A stretch of 64,000 nucleotides of DNA from Psammoneis japonica (lineage: Eukaryota), in assembly GCA_008632985.1 (NCBI GenBank), contig QPGO01000141.1:124001-188000 (forward strand), written 5' to 3'. Both the position numbers and the translations under genes were made by a program. The notes under the pieces are model-generated. The model saw nothing but the letters and a program-made list of their open reading frames with translations, was not told where the DNA came from and made no database searches. The first letter of the stretch is position 1; the number at the start of each line of letters is the position of its first letter. Positions 38,939-52,700 of this stretch are shown in pieces.

Positions 38939-39802
38939 ATGAACAAGGAAATTGCACTCATGGAAGATCACCGCCTTGACGAAGACGCCGATGGCTTCGA
39001 AGAGCATTTCAACGAGGCTGATGACGATGCATTTCCTCACACACAACAGCACTGCGCCTCGTTGACCCCAGATTTGCGAGGAGAGGGACATTTCGACACC
39101 CGCCTTGTCAGCTTTCACAAAGGCCCAAACACACCTGAAGAGCGGCACTTTTGTTCCCATCCCAAGTCACCATCCTACCTGAATGGTGATCCTCGAAGGA
39201 CTCCAGCAGATCATCCGCTCAGAGCCATCGCTTGGGTCCTTGACGCTGCTCCACTTAATTCTGTGGTGCGCCTTTTCTGCTGCTCTCTGACAGATCCGAC
39301 AGCGATTGATTTGCTCGTTCATGCCGGATCGTCGCATGATGTCAGAGTTATCCTTCATCCAAATGACAAGAGTAAAAGAGCATTGGAAGAATTTGTTGAT
39401 CAACATGGGAAAAGTGCTTTTCTCGAAAACATGGAAATTCGTCTAGCAAACCTAACAGGCTCCCCGTGCGAATCGAGCAAGGTCCAAATGCATGAGAAAT
39501 CCCTTGTTACGGATACATGCACCGTCATTGGAAGTTGCAACCTGTCGAGCTTTGCCCGCGTAGGAAATTGGGAGTCGATTTGCGTGGTGGATACACCGCC
39601 CAAATGTCAAGCCAACTTTGACGGCATCTGGGACAACATTTCCAATCGACAAGTTGAGAAGCTTTATGCCAATTTACAGAGCACAGTAGTTGGTCCTCGA
39701 CGACGGGCCCGTGCTGCTGCACGAGAAGCAGAGGATGCGCGGTGACAACAGGCTGCCAGAAACCGCAAGGCCCAGGAACAAAGCTTAACTACCACTCATT
39801 GA
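38939..39802 (+). pseudogene. PLD/Nuc-like gene, copy 2, hypermutated
   Basis: Many TA>CA/TG changes (QQYY>QQHC, GSYN>GSCN) and a CGA>TGA stop ending at 39745. Confidence 0.85.
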
Positions 39803-40033
39803 ATTTGAGCTCCATGATGCTTTTTTAATATCTGTAAGAAGCTGGAGTTATGGTGGTCCGCGGTGCAGATAGGCTACCGCAGCCGTCTCCACCTTTCGTG
39901 GACTCGAACACAGGATGCACGAAGGCGCCAACAACCGCCGGGAGAACAAGTACCGGGCGTGTAACCAGGTGCCTCACTGGCGAGCACAACATTTCCATTG
40001 CCACTCAACGACACGAACTTTGACTCTTACACA

Positions 40034-41323
40034 AGACGCCAAGATACTTTAGCAGCAACGCAATGTGGAGCTGCAGCTGTTGCCTTTTTAAAGGTGAGGT
40101 GTACAGGATACAGAGCACTGTGTGTTGGTGTGTTTGTTCTCAACCACCGCACTCTCACGCAATAAGAGTGCTTGTTGTTTCAATGTGTTAACGGAGTTCT
40201 TCCCGCCGCAACAGCCTTTATTGCACTTTGCTCGAAAATGGCATCGGTCATGAGCAAGTCGAAGCTCTTTTATTCGACCTGTATACCCGTTTTCTTCTTT
40301 TTCCTACATCTCTTTGATGCATGGATTTATCCCAATTCCAACCGGATCCACCCATCCTTGGAAACGGGGCTGTCGTGGTTGCCCCAGCGAAATGTGTTGG
40401 CCGAAATTCGCAGCCATTAGACATCTTGTTTGTTTTATATTGTGACGAAAATTTACTCGTCCGTCTCGGTCGGACTCTTGTTTTGGCAATTTGCGAATGA
40501 CGTTGTGTCCGTCGAACAAGCCATGAGCGTTTTTGTCTACTCTTTGCTCAAATGAGTAGACTGGTTCCCGTCGTGGCGGGACAATATGTTGTGTGGTATA
40601 CCAGTCAATCCGAATCCTTTGCGGTGAGTTTGCACCGACTCGCGGCAGCCGTGAGTTTTGCGGGAGTCATGATTTGTGCCTCTCATCATGCGAGTCGAAC
40701 GTATATAAAACAGCAAGCACAAGAAGAGCAAGCTTCGTTATCCAATAATACCAAAGAGACGACGCCAGTATCTACACCAAAGAAACCTAAAGCATGGGGG
40801 GAATCGGCAAAGTTCCTGGCATCCTCGCAGTATCTGAGACTGATTGCCGCATTGGTGCGGGTGTACGGACTGTCGATTCATTAAAAAGAAAAAGTATCCC
40901 GATCCGCTCGATTATCAACGATTCCTATCAGCGTGCATTGTCATTTTCTTTGGCGTGCACGTGATTCGAATCTTGGGATGGAGGGTGGGTGACATGACGA
41001 AATCATGGCTGTACTTGCATCACCATTCTTTGCTCGCATCTTATTGGATCTCGACGGCAGCCAGGATCTTTACTAAGCAAGACGTCCAAATACGCACTCT
41101 TTGATCCCACGACACCAATGGCGTACAGTGCACTCGACGAGGAATCCAAGGTCAAGGGAAAGGCTGCGATTGATGTATTGGGATTGCGTATTGGCAAGAG
41201 CGGCGGCTCGTTAGTTCAACAAGGGTTGGTAGTGTTGTTTGGAAACATTATTGATGCGGCGCCCGTGGTTGTCGTGATTATAAAACCGTCTTGTTGGGGT
41301 GGATGGGCGCGGCTAAAGACTAC
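40034..41323 (+). pseudogene. NTT/TLC transporter pseudogene, copy 2
   Basis: As copy 1; the 5' part carries extra TpA losses. Confidence 0.83.
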
Positions 41324-41795
41324 AGTGTAGAACAAAAGCGTTGTTTTCTTTTTAGAACTGATACCGTATCTACAAACAAAGTGTAGAACAAAAGCGTTGG
41401 TTGTTTTAGAACGGATACCGTATCTACAAACAAATTGTCACTCGGACCTACAGCGCTAAAAAATCAGGAATCTTGTTATAGCCGCAAGTAGTGTTTGTAG
41501 TGGCAGGTGCCAACGTAATTCTGGACGAGGAGCTGCGTCTCTCCACATTTGATGGACTAATGTAGCAAAAGCTTGTTGAAATTGCTCTTCATCTTGATGA
41601 CATCGTTGTCATCGTTGTTTGGGACTGACGCACCGTTGACCAATGCTCCTTGTCTGCCAACAACTGCACGTAGATGCCAGCAGGCGCTGAAGGAGCACTT
41701 GCTCCATGCAAAGATCTCTTGGTCCTTTTTCTTGTTGCATGGCGGAGCACCAAATGCGGTTGATGGTGCTTCATTGGAACACTTCTCATCTCAAA

Positions 41796-43603
41796 ATGGC
41801 TCGGAGCAGCAGATACAATTATGTATTGTTGTACGTGGCGTGTTGTGTGTATCGACTCGGCAACGCCTGCCATGGTTGCTTTATACGCAATTTGATCCAG
41901 ATGAGTATTGGCAAAGCTTGGAGCCAGCATACTGTCGAGTGTTTTCTTCTCAAAACAACAATTGCGCACTCACGTGGGAATGGCTTGGAGATGAACCGAT
42001 ACGATCCTACGTATCGATACTACCAACGTTTCTGTTTTACAAGACTGTATCTGCGTTGCAACACTTTCTTAAAGATGCTACAATTTCGTGGCTTGTTTCG
42101 AGAGGACCGTTGTTTTTGCATGCGATACTCGTTACAGCACCAACCGACTTGTGTATCTACTATTTGTCATCGTGTGAAGGGTGGTGTTTGTTTTGTTCCC
42201 TGACGAGTTGGTTTCATGGATACGCTCTGGCACGAACCTATAGCAATTCTCTAGAAACTTTGTTGCTTTTGATGGGTCTGGTGCTAATTCAAAAGAAACA
42301 ACAAACAAATTTGGCTTTCCTTTTGGGTGGAATCAGTGTATCGATTCGATTTACAGCCTTGGCGGCTTGGATTCCACTCGGAATGTACTTGGCATTTTTT
42401 CAACAAGAAAACAAACGAACGTCGATACGAAATTTGGTAACGTTTTTGTTTTATCCCTGTGCCATTTTTGGATTGCTCGGGGTGTTTGCCGCCATGGTGG
42501 TGGATTATCATTTTTACGGGAAACAATGGACCTTTACACTGTTGAACAATATTGTCTTTAATGTTGTGGAGAACAATGGAGCCTTGTATGGGACTCACTC
42601 GTGGCATTGGTACTTGACGGGAGGAATACCGGCCATTACGGGTACCATGTTTCTCTTGTTGGTTTGGGATCTTACGGATCTCTTGACGGTCATACCACAA
42701 CGAAAAGACAATAAGAGACGCACACAACGAAAACAGCTGTGGACCATTATTTCATGCTATACCCTGCTGCATTCTTGTAATGCGCACAAGGAGTTTCGCT
42801 TTCTCTTGCCCATAGTACCGCTCTGTTGTATCTTGGCGGGCTATCGAATGAAGCTCTTGTACTTGATGTGTACGTCCGTGCTTGTGGATTCTTCGAGCAG
42901 ATTTTTTCTCAAGGAAAAAGTGGCAAGCTACAAGGTGGTGTTGATAGTCATGATTACCGTCCCAATCCAGTTGAACCTTCTACCCATGATGTACCTTTCA
43001 CAAATTCATCAACGATCACCCATTTCGATCAATTTATACATTGTCGAGTCCTTGTTGAAAAAAGACTCAACCTTGTTGTCGTCTTCCCATGTCGATATTC
43101 ATTATCTCATGGGGTGTCATTCAACTCCGGTGTATAGCCATTTGCACGTACCGAAACGACCCGTGACAATATGGACCTTGGATTGTTCACCCAAGTGTCG
43201 TCGAACAAAGAATTGCGAGAGTGATGCATTCTTGGCGGACCCCAAAAGCTTTGTATACGATCATTATCGTGCCTTGCAAAAAGAGGATGTTTGCAAAGGC
43301 AACGACGAGACCAAAACGTGTCTAGCCGACACTGCTTCTACATTAGCACATCAGCTCGAGACACCTGATTTCATGGCTGTCTTTGTGGCCGACGTTTTAA
43401 AGATTGGCAAGGATGCATTCGACACTCTTGGCCTGCAGGAAGAGGCCCGTTTTATCCACAGTGTCATGGGAATGCGAATACGGATTGGACACGGCTATTT
43501 GCATATTAAACACACGGATCGAAGCATTTACAGCAAGCGTTCAGCAGGACGAGTGGACGTATATTATGATGAAATGGTGCTCTTTGTCAAGAAGAAAGAC
43601 TGA
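41796..43603 (+). pseudogene. PIGB: PIG-B paralog (type B); +4 frameshift after the native ATG, but open from an upstream ATG at 41597
   Basis: ORF 41573..43603 carries all PIG-B motifs; the native N-terminus (MARSSRYNYVLLY) is in another frame. Confidence 0.75.
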
Positions 43604-43816
43604 TAATAAACAAGTCATTTCCGATGTCGTTTGTTTGCCGAGTCCTCCGTGAGAGCCACTACATGATGGGTTGGATGATGAACATGAGCCGAACGTTTAG
43701 CCAGTAGTGACAATGCTTCATGGACTACAAGATCGAGAGTAACTTATGAGTGTAAAACTTTGCAACTAGAAGCAGCTCAATATACTATCGATAATCCGAA
43801 TAAACATGCTGAACCT

Positions 43817-44847
43817 GAAGACCTGCCATTGACATCACGATTCGTCGCAGCAACCCCAATGACACTACCGTCTGCCGAGACGGACAAGGACAAATTTGGT
43901 CTCACCATTTAATGGTTAATCCATCTGCATCCATTTGTCGGCAGTGGTGTCGCACTGACAGATTCTGACTGGCTGGCTATTCCACAAACTCGTCGCTCTT
44001 TTTATTTGTTGGATGAACAGAAAATGCACCATCACACAATGCACCAGATGCACCCTCTACAATGAAATGAACTACAAAAATGCAGTGCGATCAATACAAG
44101 TGGATGAAATACAAACTATATTTCTAATTGTCATTTACCTTGAATGCATGCGCGGATCCGGACCAGCCGCCGTTGGCATCAGCTCGATAAGCACCAACTC
44201 CAACGACGCATACAGTTGTCACCTGCAGCCTCGCCATTTAAAGGATCTCCGACTCGCTTCCATTCGTTTTCATTGCTGTCATCATGATACCTGCTTCCGA
44301 CCGCCAAGACGTTTCCATTGCCACTCAACGACACTGAGAACCCAAAATTATCGTCAGGCTGTTGTGTCAAGAGACTTTGGCCATGTCGCTTCCATGTCAA
44401 AGTCGAGCGGTCGTACGAATAAACCGAAACCCTCTCACTGTTTCCAGGTGCACCCGCAGCCACGATCAAACCGCTGTCGTCAAGAGAAACAGAAGATCCA
44501 AAAACACCTTCAACGTCTTGTCCATTGATTGGATTGCCCAACAAATCCCATCTTGACGAGGCAGAATTGCATTCACACAGTGACACTTGCCCCGAATTTT
44601 TTCCACCCGAATCATTAAAACGAGCTCCAACGCCAACAATGGTTCCCCGTGAATTCAAGGAAACGGAGTGACCGAACCAATCATTGGTGGCTTGCCCAAC
44701 GAGTGTTGGTCCAAGTTGGTTCCAGGATGAGGTGCCGCGGTTGTATTGAAATAATCGAAACGACCCAGATTTCAAGCCATTTTCCGTGTCATCCAAAAAA
44801 GCTCCCACGGCAACAATGCCTCCCGCGTCCGAGCGAAAGAAATCCGA
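43817..44847 (-). pseudogene. FG-GAP repeat protein relic, copy 3
   Basis: Near-identical to 3230-4260 (ORF 44179..44808). Confidence 0.78.
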
Positions 44848-45348
44848 TGTATCGGATTTAGTTAGAGTGCTGTTGTTAGAGTGCTGTTGGTAACGGCTGG
44901 TGCTGAGCCAACCGTTGTGACGTGTTGTCGGAGGGAAGCGTTGGATTTCCCTCCAATGGCGCTCACTTGTTACGAGTAGTTGTAACAGGCCTAAGAGTAT
45001 CTTTGGATCGTTAGATTGTTGTCATACCAGTGCTGTGAGCAGCTGAGCCATTCGGCAGCTGGATTTGCTCGCTTCATCAGAGCCAGTGTCCGCACTCCGT
45101 GGTTTGGTGATGGAAAACGATGAACAACGTGATTGTGACGGTTGTGTCACGATGGCACGGTTTTGACGACGAATGCCGACTAACCTGAGGGTATTGCATG
45201 CGCAAAGCAGTGGGAGATGAGGCCACATCACCGCACTCTCAAGGCCTGCGCGCATCGTCAACGCGATTTTGTGAACGTCAAAGTTTTGATGTGCTTCTTC
45301 TGACACAACTACTTTGTCTTATGATGCTACAATGAATCAGGTTTCACC

Positions 45349-46770
45349 ATGGCGGCAGCCCCACCGAACCCGATGGAAACGGCCCTCACTTGGATCGGTT
45401 TCCAGCTGCCTGCTCAGCGCAACGCGATCATGACTGATGTCGCTGCGTTTGACGATGTCGTCGACATGAAGGAATCGGACATCGACACGCTCGCGCAGTC
45501 TTGTTCGAGGAGGACTGCTGCTGAGGGGTGTTTCCACTTTGGATTGGCTCGCACCCGTCGTCTCAAGTCCCTTGTTCATTGGGTGCATGACTTCCAACGC
45601 GTCAGTGAAAATCCTGCCATCGACGGTTTGGATCAGGCGCGTTTTCTCGATGCGCCATCTGCTGCGTTGTCGAGGGCTGACATTCACAGCCAGATGAGGG
45701 ATCAATCCGAGTCCATTGCTCGTGAGGCATCCCCTGGACTCTTGGAGAGCGAAAAGGTCTGGGCAAAATGGAGCGCCGCTTTCAAGAACATGCTCAGCAC
45801 GATGCTGGGAGTCGACGGCGTTCCATTGATTTGTGTCACATGCGAGAATGAGGAGCCCGAGCCTGAAGGGCATGAGACTTTCATGCAGAAGTCGGTTGCA
45901 TGCGCTCCACTCGAGGGTCCAGCTTTCGAAGCTGATTCTCGTGCCGTCAGCCAACTGATCGTTTCGTTCACGAAAGGCACCCCAAGCGAGCAGTGGATCA
46001 AAGAGCACCGCAACAGCCAGAACGGTCGTCTCAACTGCGAATCTTTGGAGAACCACTGTCAGGGCGAGGGCAATGCTGCCCGTCGCATCTCAGAAGCTGA
46101 GCATTTGGAAAACACTCTGCACTGCAGGAGTGAATGCTCCATGACGTTCGAAACGTTCGTGAACAAGCTTCAGGAGATGTTCAACATTTTCAAAGAGAAT
46201 GACGAACCCAAGACGGAGGCTCAGAAGCTGCGATTGCCATTCGGCAAGGTGCAACACCAGCAGTTGCAGAACACAGCAGAGACCCTGAAGGCGCAGAATG
46301 AGTTCAGAGGAGGGATCAGTTTTGCTGCAGCGTGCAACCATCTTGCCGCTAAAGTTGCCACTCTCCCGGAAACAGTTGCGCACCGTCGTGCGATTTCCTC
46401 TGTTGCGTCCGGCGTCAGCAAGGAAGGTGATTCCATTTACAAAGAAGATGGGTCCATTGACACCGGATTTCATAAAAATTGGCATCAATTGAGCAAGGAA
46501 GACAAGAAGAAGGTCATGGACGAGCGTGTGCGTTTGGGACTCAAGAAGAAGCCGGGCAACCCGAAGCGCCGCGCTGCATCCGTCAGATCGCTTAAAAAGA
46601 AGAATCGGAAGCTGACGTCCCAGCTTGAGCAAGCGAACCGCACTGTTTCTTCCTTGGAGACCACTGCCAGCACCGATTCCGGAAAGGTTGGTGCAGGAAC
46701 TGGCGGTCAAGGCGGCAACAATGCCGGAGACGCATTTGGGGGACGCCAGGAGCGTCAGCAACGCAGCTGA
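45349..46770 (+). mobile_element. Copia gag relic, copy 3 (continuous 473 aa frame with many apparent Tyr>Cys changes)
   Basis: Full-length open frame with only one Tyr; Cys at expected Tyr sites (VPLICV, NHCQGEG, LHCRSE). Confidence 0.75.
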
Positions 46771-49700
46771 CTCCCAAGCTGGACCCTCTTCTGCAGCCTC
46801 ATCCAGTTTGCATTGTGGCCACTTCATTGGGGCGGGGGCCAGCCGCATCGTTCGAAAGAAACGTTGGTTCATTGTCAGTGCCAGCAGAATCATCTGAAGG
46901 AGGAGGCATTGAATCGTTGGACCGTGTCGTTTCGGGTCCTGACAAGAGAGAAACATTGTCATCAGCGTTCCTTTCTCTTTGCACCTCTGGTCCTCCTGGA
47001 TGGATGGCAAAGGCGCCAGCAGCATCAAAACATCTGCACCTGCATTGTAGGATGTAAAGTTTGGAGCAGTTGTGGCGCCCATGTCTTTGTCGGCATGATT
47101 GGATTTAACGAGCAGTTGTGCAAGCTGTTTTTCTTCTTTTTGTGCTTTGTCTTTTTGTTCTTCAACAGCCAAGTTTGCTTCTGCTTGTTGCTGCTCTTGA
47201 CGGTGGCGATGGGCAGTTTTTCTTTTCTTCTTTTTCTTGTGAGAAGCAGCGGCGGTTGTTTCTCCTGCAGGTGTTGTTTCTTCAAATTCTTCCAGTTGTT
47301 GCTTCTCCTTCTCGTCATCCTTCAAGTTGCCGCTCCTGCTGGCACTGCCATGAACACCATGCCTGTCGCACATGTCGTTGTTGTGGTTGTTGTTGGAATG
47401 ATTCATCACGGGGGCAAACAACTCTGCAGCGAGAAAGATGCATGGACAAACCGTCAACAAACAGCCACAAGCCACAAGCAACACGAGTGAGAGGTTTGTG
47501 ATGCTCTGTTGCACAACTGGGCAGGTTCACAACTGCGAGTTTGGGACACCCACCTCGTGCAGTTCGACAAGGCAAATGACCCGTTTCTGACCGTTGGGTC
47601 AGCCCAGCCATTTGAATTTAAAATTGAACGTTCTTGTGCGAGCAAGGCAAGCAATCAAAGGTTTTTTGGCTCACAATTTCTCTCTCTTTTGCTCATTCTT
47701 CTAAAGACCAACAACGAGCAAAGAGCCGCCAGACAGTTTTTAACGCTGTCAACGTGATGCAGGATGCCTCCGCCGCAGCTCCCATTTGTTTGCAGGAAGA
47801 ACCCACGCTTGTCTGTCATGGAGGCTTGGCAGCTGCAGAGTGCAGGTCAGCAGCAGCAAATTGCCGGCCAGGGGGGCCAAGGGGCCAACAATCAAGTTCT
47901 GGGCCAAGGCCTGGCACTGGGAGCCGCAGCTGTGGCCCACAATGTGCAAGTGCTGCTGCCACCACAAGTCCCAGTGCCTCCAGCAGGTCCTCAAGCAGCT
48001 GGAGCCATGCAACTGCCCCTGCCGCTGGGAGCACCAGCAGTGCCGGCACCACCTCCGGTCATTTGCAACTGTCGCAAACACCACCTTGCCGCCAATGACA
48101 ACCCACACCATGGCAAACACGCCAATTTGATGCAAGATGTTGCAGCACCATTGCAAGGAGTGTCCAGGTGCAACCCTGCCACGCTCCACAGTTGGGTGGC
48201 CGCAGCCTCAAGTCATCATCTGCCAATGGCAGTGATTGTCCATTGCCAAACTGAGGGGGGGGCAACGCCAGCCACATGCAGGTCCCACACCAAATGTCTG
48301 CCTGCCCGACTGCAGCAATGAGTCCACAATGCCTTGGGACAGCCGAGTCTTTGCAACAGCTGGCGACATCACCTCAGACCAGTTTGCACTGGTTAAATTT
48401 GGGGACGACTCATTCAACCTCATGCAGCAAGGCACTCGTGCACCAACCCATGCAGCGCTCTTGGAGCATGTTGCCGACAATGCCAATGGCTTGCACCCAC
48501 ACCTCCCCAATGATGCAGCAAAATGCCGAAGTTGTCCGCACATGTCGCGCCATGCATGTGCCATTTGAGTTCCTCCATTTTCTTCTTGCACAGCTGTTGC
48601 AACCCAAGCAGGCCTGTCAGCGCGTCCACGGTGCCGCCACTGCAGCAAACAAAGTTGCCGCTGTTGGATCACTGCTTGATTTTCTGCGTGTGGCATGCTG
48701 TGCCATGGAACAAACCAACACACCTCACCAGTGGCACGTGCATGGCCAGTTGTGACTCACCCACCGAGTTCAGTGCCAACTCGATTTTTTAATGTCGCGC
48801 AGGCAATTGAAGAGCTCACTGGAGAACAACGGCAAGGGTGCCTGGATGCCACCGCAAGACAGCAAGCAGCAGTGCACGGAAAGACGCCAATGATTTCTGG
48901 GGCATCTTTGGCATCACCAAGTTGATGCAATGGTGCAGTGTGCTAAACGAGGCAGTGCTGCCGCCACTTTGGGCTGCACCAGCCACCGCAACAAAAACAG
49001 GCCGACTGGCTGTGGTGCAAAACACCATGGATGAACAACGGCAGGCATTGTCCGTGCACTTCAGCCTCCCTGTCACTGTCAGTTTGGTCACAAAGTTGAT
49101 CCAGCCAGATTTTGCTGGACACAACCAAGATGACCCAACCCAAGGTGTTGATCCCTTCCAGTTTGGGCTGGTCACACCCAACGGTGTGGCACAAATTGCA
49201 TGTTGCAATGCAGTGCACACTCACATCCAAAGCACCCTTGGCCACTGCCATGCAAGCCGCGCAACAATCGCACAATGGCTTGTGACCAGTGATGTCAGCG
49301 TTGATGGGAGCCAATCATCCAGCAGTGCAGTGGCTCACTTGCCAGCGTCATGACATGGACCGCCATGCCAACAAGCTGGCGGCACTGCACACCTTGCACC
49401 GAACCTTGCCCACAGATTTTCAATGCCGTGCGCAAATTGAAATCCGCCACTGGTTCAGGGCACAAGAGGCTGCACATTGGCCCCTCCCATTTGCACCCCT
49501 CAATGTCGTGTCTGAGGCAGCAAAGGGCATCGCGTGCTGGCACTCGCATCTGCCTGCAAACATGCATGCTGCCCCGCCTGACTTTGGGCAAGGCACCATG
49601 GCTGCAAACCTGGCACACCGCCAGCCCATGCCAGCCAGAGCACCCACCGCTCCAGCAGTTGCAGAAAGCAACAGTGTTGTCCGCAATCCTTCCTGTGATT

Positions 49701-52700
49701 CTCGTTTCACCGCGCTTCGGGAACGCCCCAATGTCAGGTCCTGCGACACAAAGACCCGTTGCACCAGAGATGGGATCAACCTTCCCAAGGATGCCCAAGG
49801 TCGGCTCCATGATTTGTTCCTCATTTTGTCCAGTGACGGAGTTTGGGACACAGTCAGCAATGAAGAAGCTGCTGGAATTGTCCTCAATGAGTCTTGTCCT
49901 GAAAGAACCACAGTGCAACAAGATGAGGACAACCATGATTTAGTTGTCAACACAGACTGCTTCAAGTGGACTGCCAAGAAACTGTGCAATTGTGCCAGGT
50001 GAGTTTTGACATCACACCTGGTTTGAGCTCATTTGCCGCATGATTGCGATTTGCTGTCTTCTGCTTTGGAGATCACATGCTCACCTTCATGCCCATCTGT
50101 TTTCATTGTGTGGGTCACGCGGATCTGGCAACAATTTTTCTGCCATTTGTGTGTCTTTGCAGAGTTGCGGCAATCCCAACTCAAGCTCTGGGAATCTGCA
50201 CCGTCGCCTCTGCTGCACGACAGTCTTTTTCTTCAGAGTGAAATTCAGTTGCATGCTTTAAGTCCGCCTTCCTAAAGAGGCCAAAATTGGCAAGACCGAC
50301 TTCTCCAGCACAAGATTTTTCTCACTGAACAGTGTTGAAAGCACAGTCATGGCTGTCTTGTTGGCTGCATCATTTCACAGCATGCGCAAAGGTTTCTGCC
50401 ATTGAAACTCAACAACGATCTTGTTGTCACTGATGAAATGCAATCTTTGCAGCAATGCCAAAAGAGCTGCAAACAATGTGATTCGATTCATTCTCTCTCC
50501 ACTCTCCATTCTCTAGAGCAGAGTGTTGGAGAGCTGCCGCGCGGCAGAACAAGGATGCACAATGAGCACGGGAACCTAAAATTTCAATCGCAGCCACAGC
50601 GCGTGGAATGACGTTGCACGATGTCACAATCACAACAAACTGTGCACACACAGGAAACAAGAATCCACGGAATTGCACGGAATGTGTGCTTTTTCTCCTT
50701 GTTCCATTTGTTTGTTCCACAAAAAATGAGGCCTTTTTTTGTGCTCCGTTTTGGATTTTTCTAAGGAACATGCCCTCACATTCCAGATGGAAGTGTCAGC
50801 AATCGGAGTGCGATGGTCACATTCCGTTCCGATCACCAAGACAAGTGCACTCCATTTTTGTGCGGAACATGAACTTGAAACTGGAACAACCGCTTCATTC
50901 CATGCACAGACTGTGAGGTCAACGAATTTTATTTTCAACAATGTGCCATTTGTTGGCACAGAGCATGTGTTGAGGTGAAAAATTGCAATGAACATTGTCC
51001 ACATTGGCTGGTGTCACTGCTCCATTGTTCAATGCTCTCTGTTTGTCCCTCTGTGATGATTCAAGCGACCACAGCATCAAGAATGACGGTGAGATGTTTG
51101 ATGCTGTAATGCTGTGAGACCGTGCATTGTTGTCATGGCATGCATGTTGTTGTCGTCTTTGATCGTGGAAAATGTTGTGCAGGACACTCACATCTTCATT
51201 TTTGTTTTAACTTGTTGCACAGCAAAGAAGACAGCACAACAATGACGGCCAAAATGTTTGGTTGACATTGGAATGAGAATCCCAAAAGGATCACACATTT
51301 TGTTGTTGTTTCAATGTTGCAATGTGTCATTGACAAATCAAGGACTTTTAAAACAAACAATTCAAATCATGCATGTGAAACAATTGTGTCAAAAACAAAG
51401 AAGAAAACATTTGATGACCACGTGCTGATTTGTTGAACAGCACGTGGAAAGACGTCATTGAATTCCACGTGACTTTGACTGCTCTGTAGAAGGTGCAACG
51501 ATTCATGCCAGAGGAGAGGATTTGCATCGCAGCCACATTTTCTCGCACTTCTTCTCGTTTGCTCTGTGGGAAGAACAACGGGATGAGTGGGTGGTGTGAT
51601 TTGTGACAATTGCAGCACACACGATGGTGAGTTGTGATGTGATTGTGCAGCACTTCAAAGGTCACTTGCACTCATGTTTTCTTCTCTCTTTTTGCTGTTG
51701 GGGTTTGTTTCGAGAGTCCAGAGGGTTCTGGTTCCGAGCGCGGCTGCTCTGCTGCTGAGAGAGTGGCACTGCATCATCGACCACTCTGGCATTTGGCAAA
51801 AAAGACATCTGGACAGCTGCATCCATCAACGGCCCGCAAGTGCAAGCTTCATTTTGCTTTTTCTGTCACATTGAATGCGTTGCTCACTTTTGACTTTGCC
51901 ACATGTTGCTCATGTTTGGGAAAGGTTGAAGTGCCCCTTGTCATCCATTGGGCACCCAAGACAATCAAAAGAAGGTGTGCATCATTCTGAGATTTGGCTG
52001 AGTGGTGTGGCAAAGCGATCGGTCGTGCAAATGCAGGCAGAGCACCAGCATGGGCGGAGCAGGAGTTCTTGCTGTGCAATGGAAATGCAGCAGCACAATG
52101 ACCCTGTTTTAGAATTTCACTTGATTCCGCAACGTGTTCCGCATCACAAGCTCTGGAGATGACATGCCACACTCCGACCACAACACGGAAAGTGAAGCTG
52201 TTGCATTCCGTGTCATTGGCTGAGCGAAAGGAATCCACAAACGGAATGTGGCAAAAGGAGTGGCAAATGGAATTTAAAACAAATGGCCTCTTTCTAACAA
52301 ACAAAATGGTGAAACGCAACACAGGGGTCGCCGATCTAGTGTTCAGTGCTTGTTGTTCCTGCGATTGCTCATCTGACAGAGACATCGTCGATGAAGAAAT
52401 GTGACAAATGCATTTTGGTGACTTTGGTTCGAATGTTTAGTGTGGTTTGAACTTGCCTCATCAATGACGTCACAGAAGTCATTCTGGGCACACGCGTGTG
52501 TCAGAATGCCCAACACCCCGTCGACGGCCCAATTAATTTGTGCATTGTGATGTCATCAGCTCATGCAAGAAAATGTCCTGCGTGTCTTTTCCTCTCACGG
52601 AACTCATTTGTGGAGACAACAAACACTGTGTTTACGGTCAAACACAGAAATGATGTCATTTGCATTTGTGAACAACACAATCTCGTGAAAACAATGCAAA

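Larger units (their letters stand above)
21485..41777 (+). repeat. Tandem segmental repeat unit, copy 2
   Basis: Near-identical to copy 1 in the same gene order; contains an N gap and a copy-specific hypermutated tract at ~38770-40600. Confidence 0.95.
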
